This document shows, one piece after another, positions 31,331 through 41,992 of a DNA stretch of 64,000 nucleotides (positions within the stretch are counted from its first letter, which is position 1; each line of letters opens with the position of its first letter). A program made the translations under genes and the position numbers. The stretch covers positions 96,001 through 160,000 of the forward strand of contig CAVYBH010000012.1 in assembly GCA_963766715.1 (NCBI GenBank), given 5' to 3'. Below the pieces are notes generated by a model, which was not told the DNA's origin, made no database searches, and saw only the letters and a program-made list of their open reading frames with translations. The stretch comes from an uncultured delta proteobacterium. GTDB lineage: Bacteria; Myxococcota; Myxococcia; Myxococcales; Anaeromyxobacteraceae.

Positions 31331-34303
31331 GTGTCCGATCTCGTCGTCGTCCCCACCCCGCTGCGGAAGTCCAGGTTCGAGCGCCGCCTCTGCGACGCGC
31401 AGGACGGCGTCCTGCTCGGGCCGCGGGTGGCCACGCTGCGCAACCTCGTGCCCGGGTTCCTCGCCGCGGCGGGGGAGCGCCGGAACGTGCTCGAGCCCCT
31501 GGCCGAGCGGTTGCTCGCGCTCCACGCGGCCAGCGACTCCGGCCTGATCGGCCTGGTCGCCCGCCCCGACGGCGGCGCCGCGCGGGGTGCGACCCGGCTG
31601 CTCGCCGAGGCGCGGGCCGGCGAGGTCGGGCCAGCCAATCTCCTCGCCGCGGCGCGCACCGTCCAGGGTCGGGTCGCCGAGCGACTGGAGGCCGCGGCTC
31701 GCGCGCTCGCGCTCTACGAGGAGCGCCTCGAGGGGCTGGGTGCGCTCGATGCGGCCGGGGCGCTCCGCGGAGCCGCCGACGCGGCGGCGCGGGGCGCCGT
31801 CTCCGAGGAGACCCGGGACCTCGGCCTCCTCGTGCTGGAAGGCTTCCTTCCCACGAGCCGCGCCGCCCTCGACCTCGGCGGAGCCCTGGCGGCCCGCGCG
31901 CGCCGGGTGCTGGCCCGCGTCCCCGCCTTCCCCGAGGACCTGCGCCGCTCCGGTCCGGTCGAGCCCTGGCTCCGCCGCGTCGAGTCGCTCCACGAGCTGG
32001 CCGCGCATCGCGACATCCGCGTCGAGTTCCCGGCCACCGGCGCGGTGGCCCGCGAACGGGTGATCCGGCTCCCCGCGCCCGACGACGCCGGGCAAGGCGA
32101 CGCCGCCGCGCGGCTCGTCGCCACGTGGCTCGACGGCGGAATTCCACCGGACGAGGTGGCCGTCTTCGCCCCGGGCCGCATCCTGGAGGCCCTCCCGGCC
32201 GCGTTCGCCCGCCTGGGCGTCCCGCTGGCGGTGTCGCTTGTCGCGTCCGCTCGCGGGCCACCCGCTCGTCCGCGATCTTCGCTCCGCGGTCCGGGGGGCG
32301 GGCGCACTCGACCGCACGGCCGTGGAGACGCTCCTCTCCTCTCCCTACCTGGGCCCGCCCGAGGGGCCCGCCCGGCAGCGCTTCCTCCTCGACCGCGCGG
32401 GCGTCCTGGACGGCCGCGGCGATCCGGAGGAGCGGCTCCGGGCCCGGGCGGCCCTCCTCGGCGGCTCGGGGAAGGCCGCCGGGGAGCGAGTGGCCCTCAC
32501 GCGAATGGCCGACGCGGTGCGGGACCTTCGCCGGCTGCTGGCCCCGCTCGCCGTCCCGGGCACGCCGGTCGAGTGGGCGGCGCGGGTGCGCGCCCTCCTC
32601 GAGCGCGCCGGCGTCCGGCGCCGGGCGGCTCGCGGCGCACCCTCCCTCGCCCGCAGGGACCTGGCGGCCATCGCGCGGCTGGAGGAGGTCCTCGACGACC
32701 TCGCCTCCGCGCTCGACGCGACGGGAGCAGGGAGCCGCAGGATGTCCCGCGAGGAGTTCGCCTCCCTCCTCGGGCTGGCCGCCGGCCTCGCCGAGCTGCC
32801 CGCGGGTCAGGGTCCGGCCTCCGGCGCGGTGGAGGCCTGGCCCACCGACGAGGCGCCCGGACTGGTTGCCCGCGCGGCGGTCGTGCTCGGGCGCCGAGCG
32901 CGGGTCCTGGCCCGGGGCGCCGCGGGTCGATGCGCTCCTCGGCAACTCGGCCCGGGAGGCCCTCGACGCGGCACCTCCGGCGCCGGGCGCTGCCCACCGC
33001 GTTCCACCTCCGGGCCGATGCCGAGTTCCGCGGCTGGTCGGCGCTGGCCGCCGCGCGCGAGACCCTGGCGGTGGGGTGGACCGAGGGGCCCGACCGCGAA
33101 GGGCCGGCGCCTCTCGCCGCGCAGGCGCTCGACCTGGCCGGGGCCGAGGAGCTTCGCCTGGGACGCGACCCCGCGCTCGAGGCGGCGCGAGGGCCGGCAG
33201 AGGCGCTCCGCGCGGCCGCGCGCCTCACGGCCGCGGGTCAAGGCCCCCGGGTCGTCGCCGCGCTCGAGGCGCTCCCCGACCTGGCCGGGCGCGCGGCCGA
33301 CGCGGGGGTGCGCGGCCGGATGGAGGAGGACCGGCGGAACGCCTGGGTAGCGGGGCAGGCCACGCCAGCGGCCGGCGCCATCCCTCCCGGCCTCCCGCCC
33401 TTCGCCGCGGCCTTGCCCGCCGAGTGGAGCGCCACCGATCTCGAGACCTTCGCGGGTTGTCCCTACCGCTTCCTCCTGCGCGCGGCGCGGGTGCCCGAGG
33501 CGGAGCGGGGGAGCTTCGACATGGAGCCCCGGGACGAGGGGGCCATGCTCCACGCCATCCTGGAGGCGTTCGTCGGCGCCCGGCGCGACCGGGGCGCGTG
33601 GCCGCTCACCGGGGGTGACGCCGACCGGGAGGAGATCCGGCGCCTGGCCGGCGAGGTGCTCCAGCGCTTCGAGGCCGAGGGGCGCGTGGGCGACCCCTCG
33701 ACGTGGGCGGGGCGGCGGGCGGCGATCCTGGCCCGGCTCGACCGCTTCGTCGAGGTCGAGGCGCGGGACGCCGACGGGATGCGCCCGGTCCTCCTCGAGT
33801 ACGCCTTCGGCGGGCGCTCGGGGCGTCCCGCGATCGCCATCCCGTCCGCCGGAGACCCGGTCCTCCTCCAGGGGCGAATCGACCGGGTCGACGACGACGG
33901 GCGGCGCCTGCTCGTCGTCGACTACAAGAACTCGCGGTCGACCGAGATGGCGCGCGAGCGGCTCTCCGAGGAGGAGCTGGGCAGGTCGAGCTTCCAGGCT
34001 CCCGTCTACCTCCTGGCCGCGGCGAGGGAGCTCCCCGGGCGCGCCGAGCTGTCGGCCACCTACTCGCTGCTCCGGTCCGGGGAGCGGGCCGAACCGTGGA
34101 GGGTCGATCCCGCCGACCCGTTCCTCGCGCTCGACCCGGAGCGGCGCGCCGCGATCCGGGCCGCCGGCGGGCGCAACCTGGCCGACGGGGTCGTCGACGT
34201 CGTGTCCCGCATCCGGTCGGGCCGGTTCCCGGTGGCGCCTTCCGACTGCACCGGATGCCCCTTCGGCGCCGTCTGCCGGTTCCCTCGGCCGGGGGAGGCA
34301 TGA
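31331..34303 (+). CDS. addB: AddB-like PD-(D/E)XK nuclease subunit (two internal frameshifts, ~32235 and ~32890)
   Basis: SATDLETFAGCPYRF, GAMLHAILE, QGRIDRVD, VVDYK, FQAPVY, CTGCPFGAVC; ATGA overlap with addA. Confidence 0.85.
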   Translation: MSDLVVVPTPLRKSRFERRLCDAQDGVLLGPRVATLRNLVPGFLAAAGERRNVLEPLAERLLALHAASDSGLIGLVARPDGGAARGATRLLAEARAGEVGPANLLAAARTVQGRVAERLEAAARALALYEERLEGLGALDAAGALRGAADAAARGAVSEETRDLGLLVLEGFLPTSRAALDLGGALAARARRVLARVPAFPEDLRRSGPVEPWLRRVESLHELAAHRDIRVEFPATGAVARERVIRLPAPDDAGQGDAAARLVATWLDGGIPPDEVAVFAPGRILEALPAAFARLGVPLAVSLVASARGPPARPRSSLRGPGGGRTRPHGRGDAPLLSLPGPARGARPAALPPRPRGRPGRPRRSGGAAPGPGGPPRRLGEGRRGASGPHANGRRGAGPSPAAGPARRPGHAGRVGGAGARPPRARRRPAPGGSRRTLPRPQGPGGHRAAGGGPRRPRLRARRDGSREPQDVPRGVRLPPRAGRRPRRAARGSGSGLRRGGGLAHRRGARTGCPRGGRARAPSAGPGPGRRGSMRSSATRPGRPSTRHLRRRALPTAFHLRADAEFRGWSALAAARETLAVGWTEGPDREGPAPLAAQALDLAGAEELRLGRDPALEAARGPAEALRAAARLTAAGQGPRVVAALEALPDLAGRAADAGVRGRMEEDRRNAWVAGQATPAAGAIPPGLPPFAAALPAEWSATDLETFAGCPYRFLLRAARVPEAERGSFDMEPRDEGAMLHAILEAFVGARRDRGAWPLTGGDADREEIRRLAGEVLQRFEAEGRVGDPSTWAGRRAAILARLDRFVEVEARDADGMRPVLLEYAFGGRSGRPAIAIPSAGDPVLLQGRIDRVDDDGRRLLVVDYKNSRSTEMARERLSEEELGRSSFQAPVYLLAAARELPGRAELSATYSLLRSGERAEPWRVDPADPFLALDPERRAAIRAAGGRNLADGVVDVVSRIRSGRFPVAPSDCTGCPFGAVCRFPRPGEA

Positions 34304-37300
34304 GCCCGCTGCCCGCCGGAGCGTCGTGGAGCGACGCGGCGCAGGCGCTCTTCCGGGCGAGCGGCGCCATCGCCGTGTCGGCCGCGGCCGGCGCGGGCAA
34401 GACCTCGGCGCTCGTGGAGCTCCTCCGGCGCCGGCTCGCCGGGGACGGTCCGGAGGAGCCCCTCGCCCCCCGGGACGTGGTGGCCATCACGTTCACGGAA
34501 CGTGCGGGGGCCGAGCTGGCCGACCGGCTGGGCCGGGAGCTCGCCGACGGGGCGCGGACGCTCCGCTCCGCGGGCGACGGGGACGGGGCGGCGCGGCTCG
34601 AGGAGGCGCTGCGGGAGCTGCCCTCCATGGCGGTGGGCACGATTCACGGGTGGGCGGCGAGCGTGCTCCGGGAGCACGCGCTCGAGGCCGGTCTCGATCC
34701 CGACTTCGCCGTGCTCGACGAGGAGGGAGCTTCCGAGCTGCTGGGCGCCGCGTCGCTCGAGGGAGCGGTGGCCGCGCTCGACCGGGGGGGCGAGGCGGAG
34801 CGCCGGCTGGCCACGGCGCTGGGAGGGGTCCGCGCCCTCGGCGCCGAGGCGATCGCCCTCCTGCGCGAGCGCGCCACCCGGGGCCTCGTCGGCCCACCCG
34901 AGGCGGTGCAGGGGAGCGATCGGGACGTGGAGGCCGCGCGCGAGGACGTGCTCGCCGCCGCAGCCGACCTGGCCGGGATGGCTGCCGCGGCCACGACTCC
35001 CACCGGGCAGGCCGCGCTCGGCGCGCTCGCGGCCCGGCTCGCGGAGCTCACCGGGGCCGGGCGGCTCCCGGACGGCGCCAGGCTCGCGTCGGCCACGAAG
35101 GGCTGGCGCACCGGGAAGCGCGACCCGCCCGCTCTGTCCGCCGCCCGCGCGCGCTTCGAGGAGGCCGCCGCCCGTCTCCCGCGGGTCGAGGCGGAGCGCG
35201 AGGCTGCACCGCTGGCGCTCGCGCTCGCCTCCCTCGTCGGCGACGTCGAACGGCGCTACCGGGAGGCCAAGGACCGCGCCGGCGTCCTCGACTTCGACGA
35301 TCTCCTGCTGCGGGTCCGCGACCTCCTGCGCGACGCGCCCGTCCTCCGCTCCGAGATGCGAGCGCGGGCGAGGGCGCTCCTCGTGGACGAGTACCAGGAC
35401 GTGAACGGCCTCCAGGCCGAGATCTTCGAGCTGCTCGCCGGGGAGGACGCGCCCGGCCCCGCGGGAACGCCCCTTCCCCTGCGCGTGGCGGTCGGGGACG
35501 CCAAGCAGTCCATCTACCGGTTTCGCGGCGCCGACGTGGGCGTGTTCGCCGGCCTCATCGGGCGGCTCGCCGCCGGGCAGGGGCAGGTGGTTCACCTGCG
35601 GGAGAACCACCGCTCGACGGGCGGCATCGTCGACCTCGTGAACGCGCTCCTCTCCGGCGAGGAGGGCGGACTGGGCGTGCCCTTCGGCGACGAGGACCGG
35701 CTGCGCGCCACGCGGCCCGGCGGCGACCGCCCCGCCGCGGAGCTGCTCGAGGACGGGGAGGGTGGATCGGCCGAGGAGCGCCGGGCGCGCGAGGCCCGGG
35801 CCGTCGCCGCCCGGATCGCCGAATTGCTCGCCGCCGGGACGCCGCCCGGGGACGTGGCCATCCTCTTCCGCCGGCTCACCCACGTCGGGGTCTTCGAGCG
35901 GGCGCTGCGCGAGGCCGGGATCCCGGTCCGCGTGGCGCGCGGCGGCGGATTCTTCCAGGCCCCCGAGGTTCGCGACCTGGGAGAGCTCTGCGCGGTCGTG
36001 GAGGAGCCCGGCGACGAGGTGGCCTGGGCGGCGCTCCTTCGGTCGCCGCTCTGCTCGCTGTCCGACGCCACGCTCTTCGCGCTCGCCCGCCGCGGTCTCG
36101 CCCGGCTGTCGAGGATCGATCCCGCCGAGGCCGGCGCCGAGATCGGCCTGGCCCGCTCCGGGGAGGCGCCGCCGGGCGAGGGGGACAGGCTGCGGCGGCT
36201 GCTCGAGACCTGGCGCGAGCTGCGCGAGGGGCGCGGGCGGCTCGACGCGGGGGAGACGATCTCGCTCGCGGTGGAACGGCTCGACGTGGAGGCGGCGCTG
36301 CTCGCCGGGCCGGACGGGGAGCGGCGCGCGGCCAACGTGCGCAAGGTCGTCGAGATCGCCCGGCGCCAGGCGGCGCGCGGCGTCCCGGTCGGCACGTTCG
36401 CCGACCGCCTCCGGACGCTCTCCCGGCTCCCGCCCCGGGAACCGGAGGCGGATGGAGGGGACGCCGACGCGGTCTCGCTCCTCACCGTTCACCAGGCCAA
36501 GGGGCTGGAGTGGCCCGTCGTCCTCGTGCCCGAGCTCGGAGCGCGTCCCCCGACTCCGGCTCGACGTCCGGTGCTCGACGAGCAGGGTCGCGTGGCCGTC
36601 CCGCTCCTCGGCGACGGCGGAGCGGCGCCCGCGGAGACCGACACCACCGCCCGGGTGCGCGCCGCGGCGTCGCGCGCCGAGCGCGCCGAGGGCCGGCGCC
36701 TCCTCTACGTCGCGCTCACCCGGGCCCGGGACAGGCTGGTCCTCTCCGGCTCCACGCTCGCGCACCGCCACCGGCACCTGGGCCGAGGTCGTGGCGCGGG
36801 CCCCGCCCGGGTTGCTCCTCCGCCGCCCCGCGCCGTCCGCCCCGCTCCCGCTCGCCGCGCCGACCGGGCCGACCGGGCCGACCGGTCCGGACACGACGGT
36901 GCCGCTCGCCGCCCCCGCGCTCCGCCCCGCGCCGGCGCCGCTTCCCCTGCGACTCTCGGTGACCAGCCTGGCCGAGTACGCGCGCTGCCCGCGCCGGCAC
37001 TGGCTGGCCGTCCAGATGAAGCTGCCGGAGCCGAGGAGCGACGCGCGCGGCGGGGAGGAGGTGGAGCGCGCCACGGTCCGGGGAACGCTGGCCCATGCGC
37101 TCCTCGCCGAGGTGGACCTGCTCGCCCCGCCGCTGGCCCGCCGGGCGCTGCTGGCCGCTGCGGCCACGCGACGCGGCGACGACCCGGGGCGCCCGGCAAT
37201 CCGTCGCATCCTCGACGACGTGGCCCGCTTCCTGGAGTCGCCGAACGGGCAGCGGCTGGCCGGCTGGGCCCGGACGGGTGCGCTGCGCCGGGAGGTCCCT

Positions 37301-37729
37301 TTCCTGCTCCGGCTCGACGGGGCGCCGGCGTGCTACCTGGATGGGGCCATCGACGCACTGGTCGTGAGCGGCGACGACGTCGAGGTCCTCGACTTCAAGT
37401 ACGCCCGCTACCACCCGGGGGCGGAGGACCGGTACCGGCTCCAGCTCGAGGCCTACGCGCTGGCGGCGTCGCGCGCCCACGGAGGCGCGCCCGTCCGGGC
37501 CACGCTCCACTTCCTCCGAGGCGTTCCGCGGGCCGTCGACGTCACCCCGTCCGGGGAGTCCCTCCGCCGCCTGGCCGCCCGGATCCCGGCCCTGGCGCTC
37601 GGGGCCACCCGCGGGGAGGGCAGGGACCTCTCCCCGGGCGAGGTCGGGCGCGACGAGGCCCGTTGCAGGCAGGAGGGATGCGGCTTCGTGGCGCGCTGCT
37701 TCCGCACGCCCGCGCTGCGAACGGCATGA
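34300..37729 (+). CDS. addA: AddA-like UvrD helicase-nuclease (frameshift ~36760)
   Basis: AAAGAGKT, ITFT, TIHG, VDEYQD, VGDAKQSIYRFRGAD, ENHRS, TVHQAKGLEW, LYVALTRA, GAIDAL, DFK, QLEAY. Confidence 0.9.
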
Positions 37730-37797
37730 TATAGAGACCGGCGCGGAGCCGGACGAAGGCTCCGCACCACATTCCACTCTCGCCCCCGGAGACTTCC

Positions 37798-38718
37798 ATG
37801 CAGATCACACCGCGCGTGAAGGAAATCCTGTCCTGGTACTCGTCCGACAGCCCGGGGACGCTGACCAACCTGGCGCGGCTGCTCGGATCCGGGAAGCTCG
37901 GGGGCACGGGCAAGCTCGTCATCCTCCCGGTCGACCAGGGCTTCGAGCACGGACCGGCCCGCTCCTTTGCGCCGAACCCGGCCGGGTACGATCCCGACTA
38001 CCACTTCCAGCTCGCCATCGACGCCGGCTGCAACGCCTACGCCGCCCCGCTCGGATTCCTCGAGGCCGGCGCCGCCAAGTTCGCCGGGCAGATCCCGCTC
38101 ATCCTCAAGCTCAACAACTCCGACAGCCTGGCCAAGATGGACCAGCCCATCTCGGCCATCACCGGCTCCGTCGACGAGGCGCTCCGGCTCGGCTGCGCCG
38201 CCATCGGGTACACGATCTACCCGGCATCGGGCGCCCGGAACCGGCAGTACGAGGACCTGAGGGCCCTCACCCAGGAGGCCAAGCGCAAGGGTCTCGCCGT
38301 GGTGGTCTGGAGCTACCCGCGCGGGGCGGGCGTGTCGAAGGACGGGGAGACGGCGGTCGACATCGCCGGCTACGCCGCCCAGATCGCCGCGCAGCTCGGC
38401 GCGCACGTCATCAAGGTGAAGCCGCCCAAGGACCTGGTGGAGGGCGCCGAGGCCAAGAAGGTCTTCGAGAAGTACGCCATCCCCACGAAGACCCTCGCCG
38501 ACCGCGTGCGGCACGTCGTCCAGAGCGCCTTCAACGGCAAGCGAATCGTGATCTTCTCCGGCGGCGAGGCGAAGGGGACCGACGAGGTCCTCGCCGAGAT
38601 CCGCGGCCTGAAGGAGGGCGGGTCGTTCGGCTCCATCATGGGGCGCAACGCCTTCCAGCGCCCCAGGGCCGAGGCGCTGAAGCTCCTCGACGAAGTGATG
38701 AAGATCTACGCGCCCTGA
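37798..38718 (+). CDS. fbaB: Class I fructose-bisphosphate aldolase (DhnA/FbaB type)
   Basis: ILPVDQGFEHGP, WSYPRG, VIKVK, FSGG, GRNAFQRP. Confidence 0.93.
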   Translation: MQITPRVKEILSWYSSDSPGTLTNLARLLGSGKLGGTGKLVILPVDQGFEHGPARSFAPNPAGYDPDYHFQLAIDAGCNAYAAPLGFLEAGAAKFAGQIPLILKLNNSDSLAKMDQPISAITGSVDEALRLGCAAIGYTIYPASGARNRQYEDLRALTQEAKRKGLAVVVWSYPRGAGVSKDGETAVDIAGYAAQIAAQLGAHVIKVKPPKDLVEGAEAKKVFEKYAIPTKTLADRVRHVVQSAFNGKRIVIFSGGEAKGTDEVLAEIRGLKEGGSFGSIMGRNAFQRPRAEALKLLDEVMKIYAP

Positions 38719-38748
38719 GCGTGACGAAGCCGACCTGAAGGGCAATCC

Positions 38749-38782
38749 GGGGCCGTCCCGATGCGGGTGGCGGCCCCTTTTT
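38749..38782 (+). terminator. Rho-independent terminator after fbaB
   Basis: GGGGCCGTC...GGCGGCCCC stem followed by TTTTT. Confidence 0.8.
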
Positions 38783-38884
38783 CCTTGCCCTCGACCGCCG
38801 GTGGAGTCTATACGGAAAGTCCTTTAGATCACCGCCGTTACGCGGCTCGGGCGCGGTAGACCCGCGCTGCGAGGAAAGAGCAAA

Positions 38885-39403
38885 ATGCGCCTTTATCCGA
38901 AGGTCATTCCCACCATCGCCCGCGAGGTCGTCCAGACCCTGATGCAGGACGGCGACGTCGAGGTGGAGACCATGCGGATCGCCGACGCCGAGATGGACAT
39001 GGCGTCGGTCATGAAGGAGTACCTGGCCGCCGAGGAGCGCGTGAACGGCGCCACCCGCGAGGCCCTCGAGCGCCGCGGCTACGATCAGTCCCGGTTCAAC
39101 CAGGTGAAGCGCGAGATGGCCGACGTCCGCGGCTTCAAGATGGGGGACGAGGGGATCGAGTACGTCATCGGCCAGATGATGGAGCAGCTGCTCGTCTCCC
39201 GGAACGTCGAGGAGGTCTTCTCCGACGACCTGAGCCTCCGGAAGAAGATCTTCGGCATCTTCAAGCGCCACCTCGACGTCGACGACGAGATTGACCGCGA
39301 GGCCCGCGCCCGCCTGAAGCACCTCCAGGAGGGCACGAGCGCCTGGGACATCGAGTTCGGAAAGACGGTCGAGCTGCTGCGCCGCTCGCGCGGCCTCATC
39401 TGA
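38885..39403 (+). CDS. DUF507 family protein
   Basis: MRLYPKVI..., F..VKR.MA..RGF, VEEVFSDD.LRKKI pattern. Confidence 0.8.
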   Translation: MRLYPKVIPTIAREVVQTLMQDGDVEVETMRIADAEMDMASVMKEYLAAEERVNGATREALERRGYDQSRFNQVKREMADVRGFKMGDEGIEYVIGQMMEQLLVSRNVEEVFSDDLSLRKKIFGIFKRHLDVDDEIDREARARLKHLQEGTSAWDIEFGKTVELLRRSRGLI

Positions 39404-39404
39404 C

Positions 39405-40154
39405 CTAGGGCGGTCGGGCCAGCAGCGCCGACACCGGTCCCAGATCGATCTCGCTCACCGCCCCCACCAGCACGCGGTGGGGGTCCGTCGAGATCCAGAC
39501 GTGGAGCGGCCGCTTCGCGCCGGGCTGGTCGGCCCGCTCGATGGTCCCGTCGATGCGCAGCGTGTCGAAGAGGCCGCCCGCCGTGTCGACGCGCTCCGGC
39601 TTCGCCGCCACCTTCCCGTGGTAGCGCCAGTAGCGCCGGTTGCCCACCACGTCGAAGCAGATCTCCTGCCCGGGCTTCAGGTCGGCGGCGCGCAGGAAGT
39701 AGGCGGCGGAGAGGGCGTCCAGGACCTCTCCCTTGCGCTCGTAGGACGTCGCCCCCTTCTGGTCGCCGTAGAGGGTCTCGATGGTCACCGACGTGGCGCT
39801 GGCGCCGAGGCGGGCGTCGCTCACCTTCTTCACGCCGTCCTCGACGACCTCGTCCCGGTAGCGCTCGGGGCGAAGGGTCTTCGCGTCCACCCAGGAGAAG
39901 CCGCCGCCGACGATCCGCCGGATCTTGGCGAACACCGAGGTGTTCTTCACCCGGGCCTTGAAGGGGATCTGGGTGCCGTCGAACATCGGACGGCCCACCT
40001 CGAGGGCGAGGGTCCCGGCCTTCACCATGCCCATCACGTCCAGGTCGAAGGTGAGGACCTCGCCGGTGCGCCACGGGAACGGGCCCGGGCGAAGCGCCGG
40101 GAGGCCGCATGGCTCGGCGGCGAGGAGCAGGGCAGCGACGGCGGCGGCGAACAG
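39405..40154 (-). CDS. DUF3108 family secreted protein (copy 2; start appears to be CTG)
   Basis: GEVLTFDLD, DALSAAYFLR, ERVDTAGGLFD, VWISTD, DLGPV. Confidence 0.8.
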   Translation of the reverse strand: MFAAAVAALLLAAEPCGLPALRPGPFPWRTGEVLTFDLDVMGMVKAGTLALEVGRPMFDGTQIPFKARVKNTSVFAKIRRIVGGGFSWVDAKTLRPERYRDEVVEDGVKKVSDARLGASATSVTIETLYGDQKGATSYERKGEVLDALSAAYFLRAADLKPGQEICFDVVGNRRYWRYHGKVAAKPERVDTAGGLFDTLRIDGTIERADQPGAKRPLHVWISTDPHRVLVGAVSEIDLGPVSALLARPP

Positions 40155-40163
40155 GTGGCGGCC

Positions 40164-40913
40164 TCAGTTCCGGGCCAGCTGGCCGCCGGGACGGTAGGCG
40201 GCCAGGTTCACCACCACGCTCCCCAGCGCGAAGTCGGCGCTCACGCGGACCGGGACCCGGTTCTCGTCGGCGGAGAACCAGATGAAGGTGTCGCGCTTGG
40301 AGGCGAAGTTCCCCTCGAACGCCGTCCGGACCTGGACCTTCCACGCGTCGAAGGAGCCGGCGGGCGTGTTCACGGTCTCGCGCCCGACCACGGAGGCCTG
40401 GAGCTGGAAGGTGCCCTTCGTCGTGAAGACCGGGATCTCGAACCGGGCGTCGGCGCCGAGCGGCTGGGTGCGGAGCCAGAGGACGGCGCTCGCGAAGTCC
40501 TGGGCCATGGGATCGAGCGGGTAGGTCTTCTCGATCTTCCGCCCCTTGCGCTCGATGCGGATGGTGGCCTGTCCGGAGTCCCGATCGAAGCGGGCGCTGT
40601 CGTTGTGCCGGTCGCCCACCTCGATGGCCTGCAGGTCGGAGCCCCGCGGGAGGCGCGACTCGGAATCCCAGTACGAGACCAGGTGCTCGCGGATGTCGAC
40701 GATGCTCGCGAGCCCGCCCGACCGGGCCTGGGAGATGACCGGCCAGACCGGCCCCTCGGCCTGGCCGACGACGATGCGGGCCTCCCCGGTGCGAACCCCG
40801 AGGTAGTCGATGGTGAAGTCGATCTGCTCACCTGGGGCGAACCCGCCTCCGGCGAAGGCGGCCGGGGCGGCGAGGAGGGCCAGGGAGGCGATGGCGAGGC
40901 GGGCGAGTTTCAT
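40164..40913 (-). CDS. DUF3108 family secreted protein (copy 1)
   Basis: Signal peptide, FAPGEQIDF..YLG, ETVNTPAGSFDA, IWFSADENRVPVR, LGSV. Confidence 0.85.
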   Translation of the reverse strand: MKLARLAIASLALLAAPAAFAGGGFAPGEQIDFTIDYLGVRTGEARIVVGQAEGPVWPVISQARSGGLASIVDIREHLVSYWDSESRLPRGSDLQAIEVGDRHNDSARFDRDSGQATIRIERKGRKIEKTYPLDPMAQDFASAVLWLRTQPLGADARFEIPVFTTKGTFQLQASVVGRETVNTPAGSFDAWKVQVRTAFEGNFASKRDTFIWFSADENRVPVRVSADFALGSVVVNLAAYRPGGQLARN

Positions 40914-41082
40914 GGGCTCGGAAGAAGGTACGTCGACCTGATCGAGTAGCAAGGCATCGGCCAATCCAGGACGGGAGAACCGCCATCGAAATCAGGATCT
41001 TGCCGCAGGAGTCCCGGATGGGGCCTGGGCGAATCAGGGCATCCTTGTCGCGGTGGCGATAGCGAATGGCTACTCTGAAAGG

Positions 41083-41304
41083 ATGCCACTCGACCCGAAC
41101 GACTACGAGGGAGACAAGGAGGACGTCGGCGAGAAGGAGGGGCGACGCCGCACCTTCCAGGACTTCGACTGCCCGAGCTGCAGTGCCAACAACCCCTACG
41201 ACGACGCCTTCGGCGACGGGGACGACGTCCTTTGCTTCTACTGCGGGCAGGAGTTCAAGGTCCTGGTGAACGACGAGGGCCGGCTGCGGCTCAAGGAGGT
41301 GTGA
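41083..41304 (+). CDS. Small acidic zinc-ribbon protein
   Basis: FDCPSCSANNP...VLCFYCGQEF. Confidence 0.8.
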   Translation: MPLDPNDYEGDKEDVGEKEGRRRTFQDFDCPSCSANNPYDDAFGDGDDVLCFYCGQEFKVLVNDEGRLRLKEV

Positions 41305-41341
41305 CCCGGCCGTCCGCACCGCCCGCCGCGGAGGGCGGGAC

Positions 41342-41992
41342 CTACGGTCCCTTCCGGGCGCGCTCCCCGAAGATCGCCGTGCCCACGCGCACCAGGGTCG
41401 CGCCCTCGGCGATCGCGATCGGGTAGTCCCCGCTCATCCCCATCGAGAGCTCGCGCAGGCCGAGCCGATCGCGCAGGCCGCGCAGGGCCACGAAGTAGGG
41501 TCGAGGGTCGTCCCCGGGCGGGGGAATGCAGGTCAGCCCGGCCACCTCGAGCGAGGGGAGTGCGCGCAGCTTCTCCACGAGCCCGGGCACGTCGCCCTCC
41601 GCGCAGCCCCCCTTCGAGGCTTCCTGCCCGAGGTTCACCTCGACGAGGACCCGCGCGCGGGCTCCGGCCTTCTCCCAGCGCTTCGAGATCTCTCGCCCCA
41701 GCTCCTCCCGGTCCACCGTGTGGACGAGCCCGACACGGCCGGCCAGGTACTTCACCTTGTTCGTCTGGAGAGAGCCGATGAAGTGCCAGACGATCTCCGG
41801 CAGGTCGGCGAGGACCTCGGCCTTCTCCCTCCACTCCTGCACGTAGTTCTCGCCGAAGTGGCGCTGGCCCGCGGCGTGGGCCTCGCGGATGGCGTCGGCC
41901 GGCTGGGACTTCGACACGGCGATGAGCGTGACGCCGGCCGGGATCGAGGCGCGAACGAGTGCCAGCCGCCCGGCGATGGTCTCGGCGTTCAA
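41342..41992 (-). CDS. yggS: PLP homeostasis protein YggS
   Basis: [45 protein letters not shown]. Confidence 0.96.
   Translation of the reverse strand: MNAETIAGRLALVRASIPAGVTLIAVSKSQPADAIREAHAAGQRHFGENYVQEWREKAEVLADLPEIVWHFIGSLQTNKVKYLAGRVGLVHTVDREELGREISKRWEKAGARARVLVEVNLGQEASKGGCAEGDVPGLVEKLRALPSLEVAGLTCIPPPGDDPRPYFVALRGLRDRLGLRELSMGMSGDYPIAIAEGATLVRVGTAIFGERARKGP

Noticed and set aside
31331..34303. Cas4-like nuclease suggesting CRISPR adaptation
   Set aside because: The Cys/PD-(D/E)XK domain is the C-terminus of a ~990-aa AddB coupled to AddA; no cas genes are present
36858..36890. 9-bp tandem repeat CCGACCGGG
   Set aside because: It encodes a PTG linker between the AddA helicase and nuclease domains; an ordinary low-complexity linker
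37743..37765. Hairpin GCGGAGCC-N7-GGCTCCGC between addA and fbaB
   Set aside because: No U-tract or recognisable RNA family; such stems arise easily at this GC content
40164..40166. Selenocysteine read-through of the TGA between the DUF3108 genes
   Set aside because: No redox motif context, and the downstream segment begins with its own signal-peptide-like stretch
41083..41304. LysW amino-group carrier
   Set aside because: It lacks the C-terminal EDWGE motif and has no neighbouring lys/arg genes
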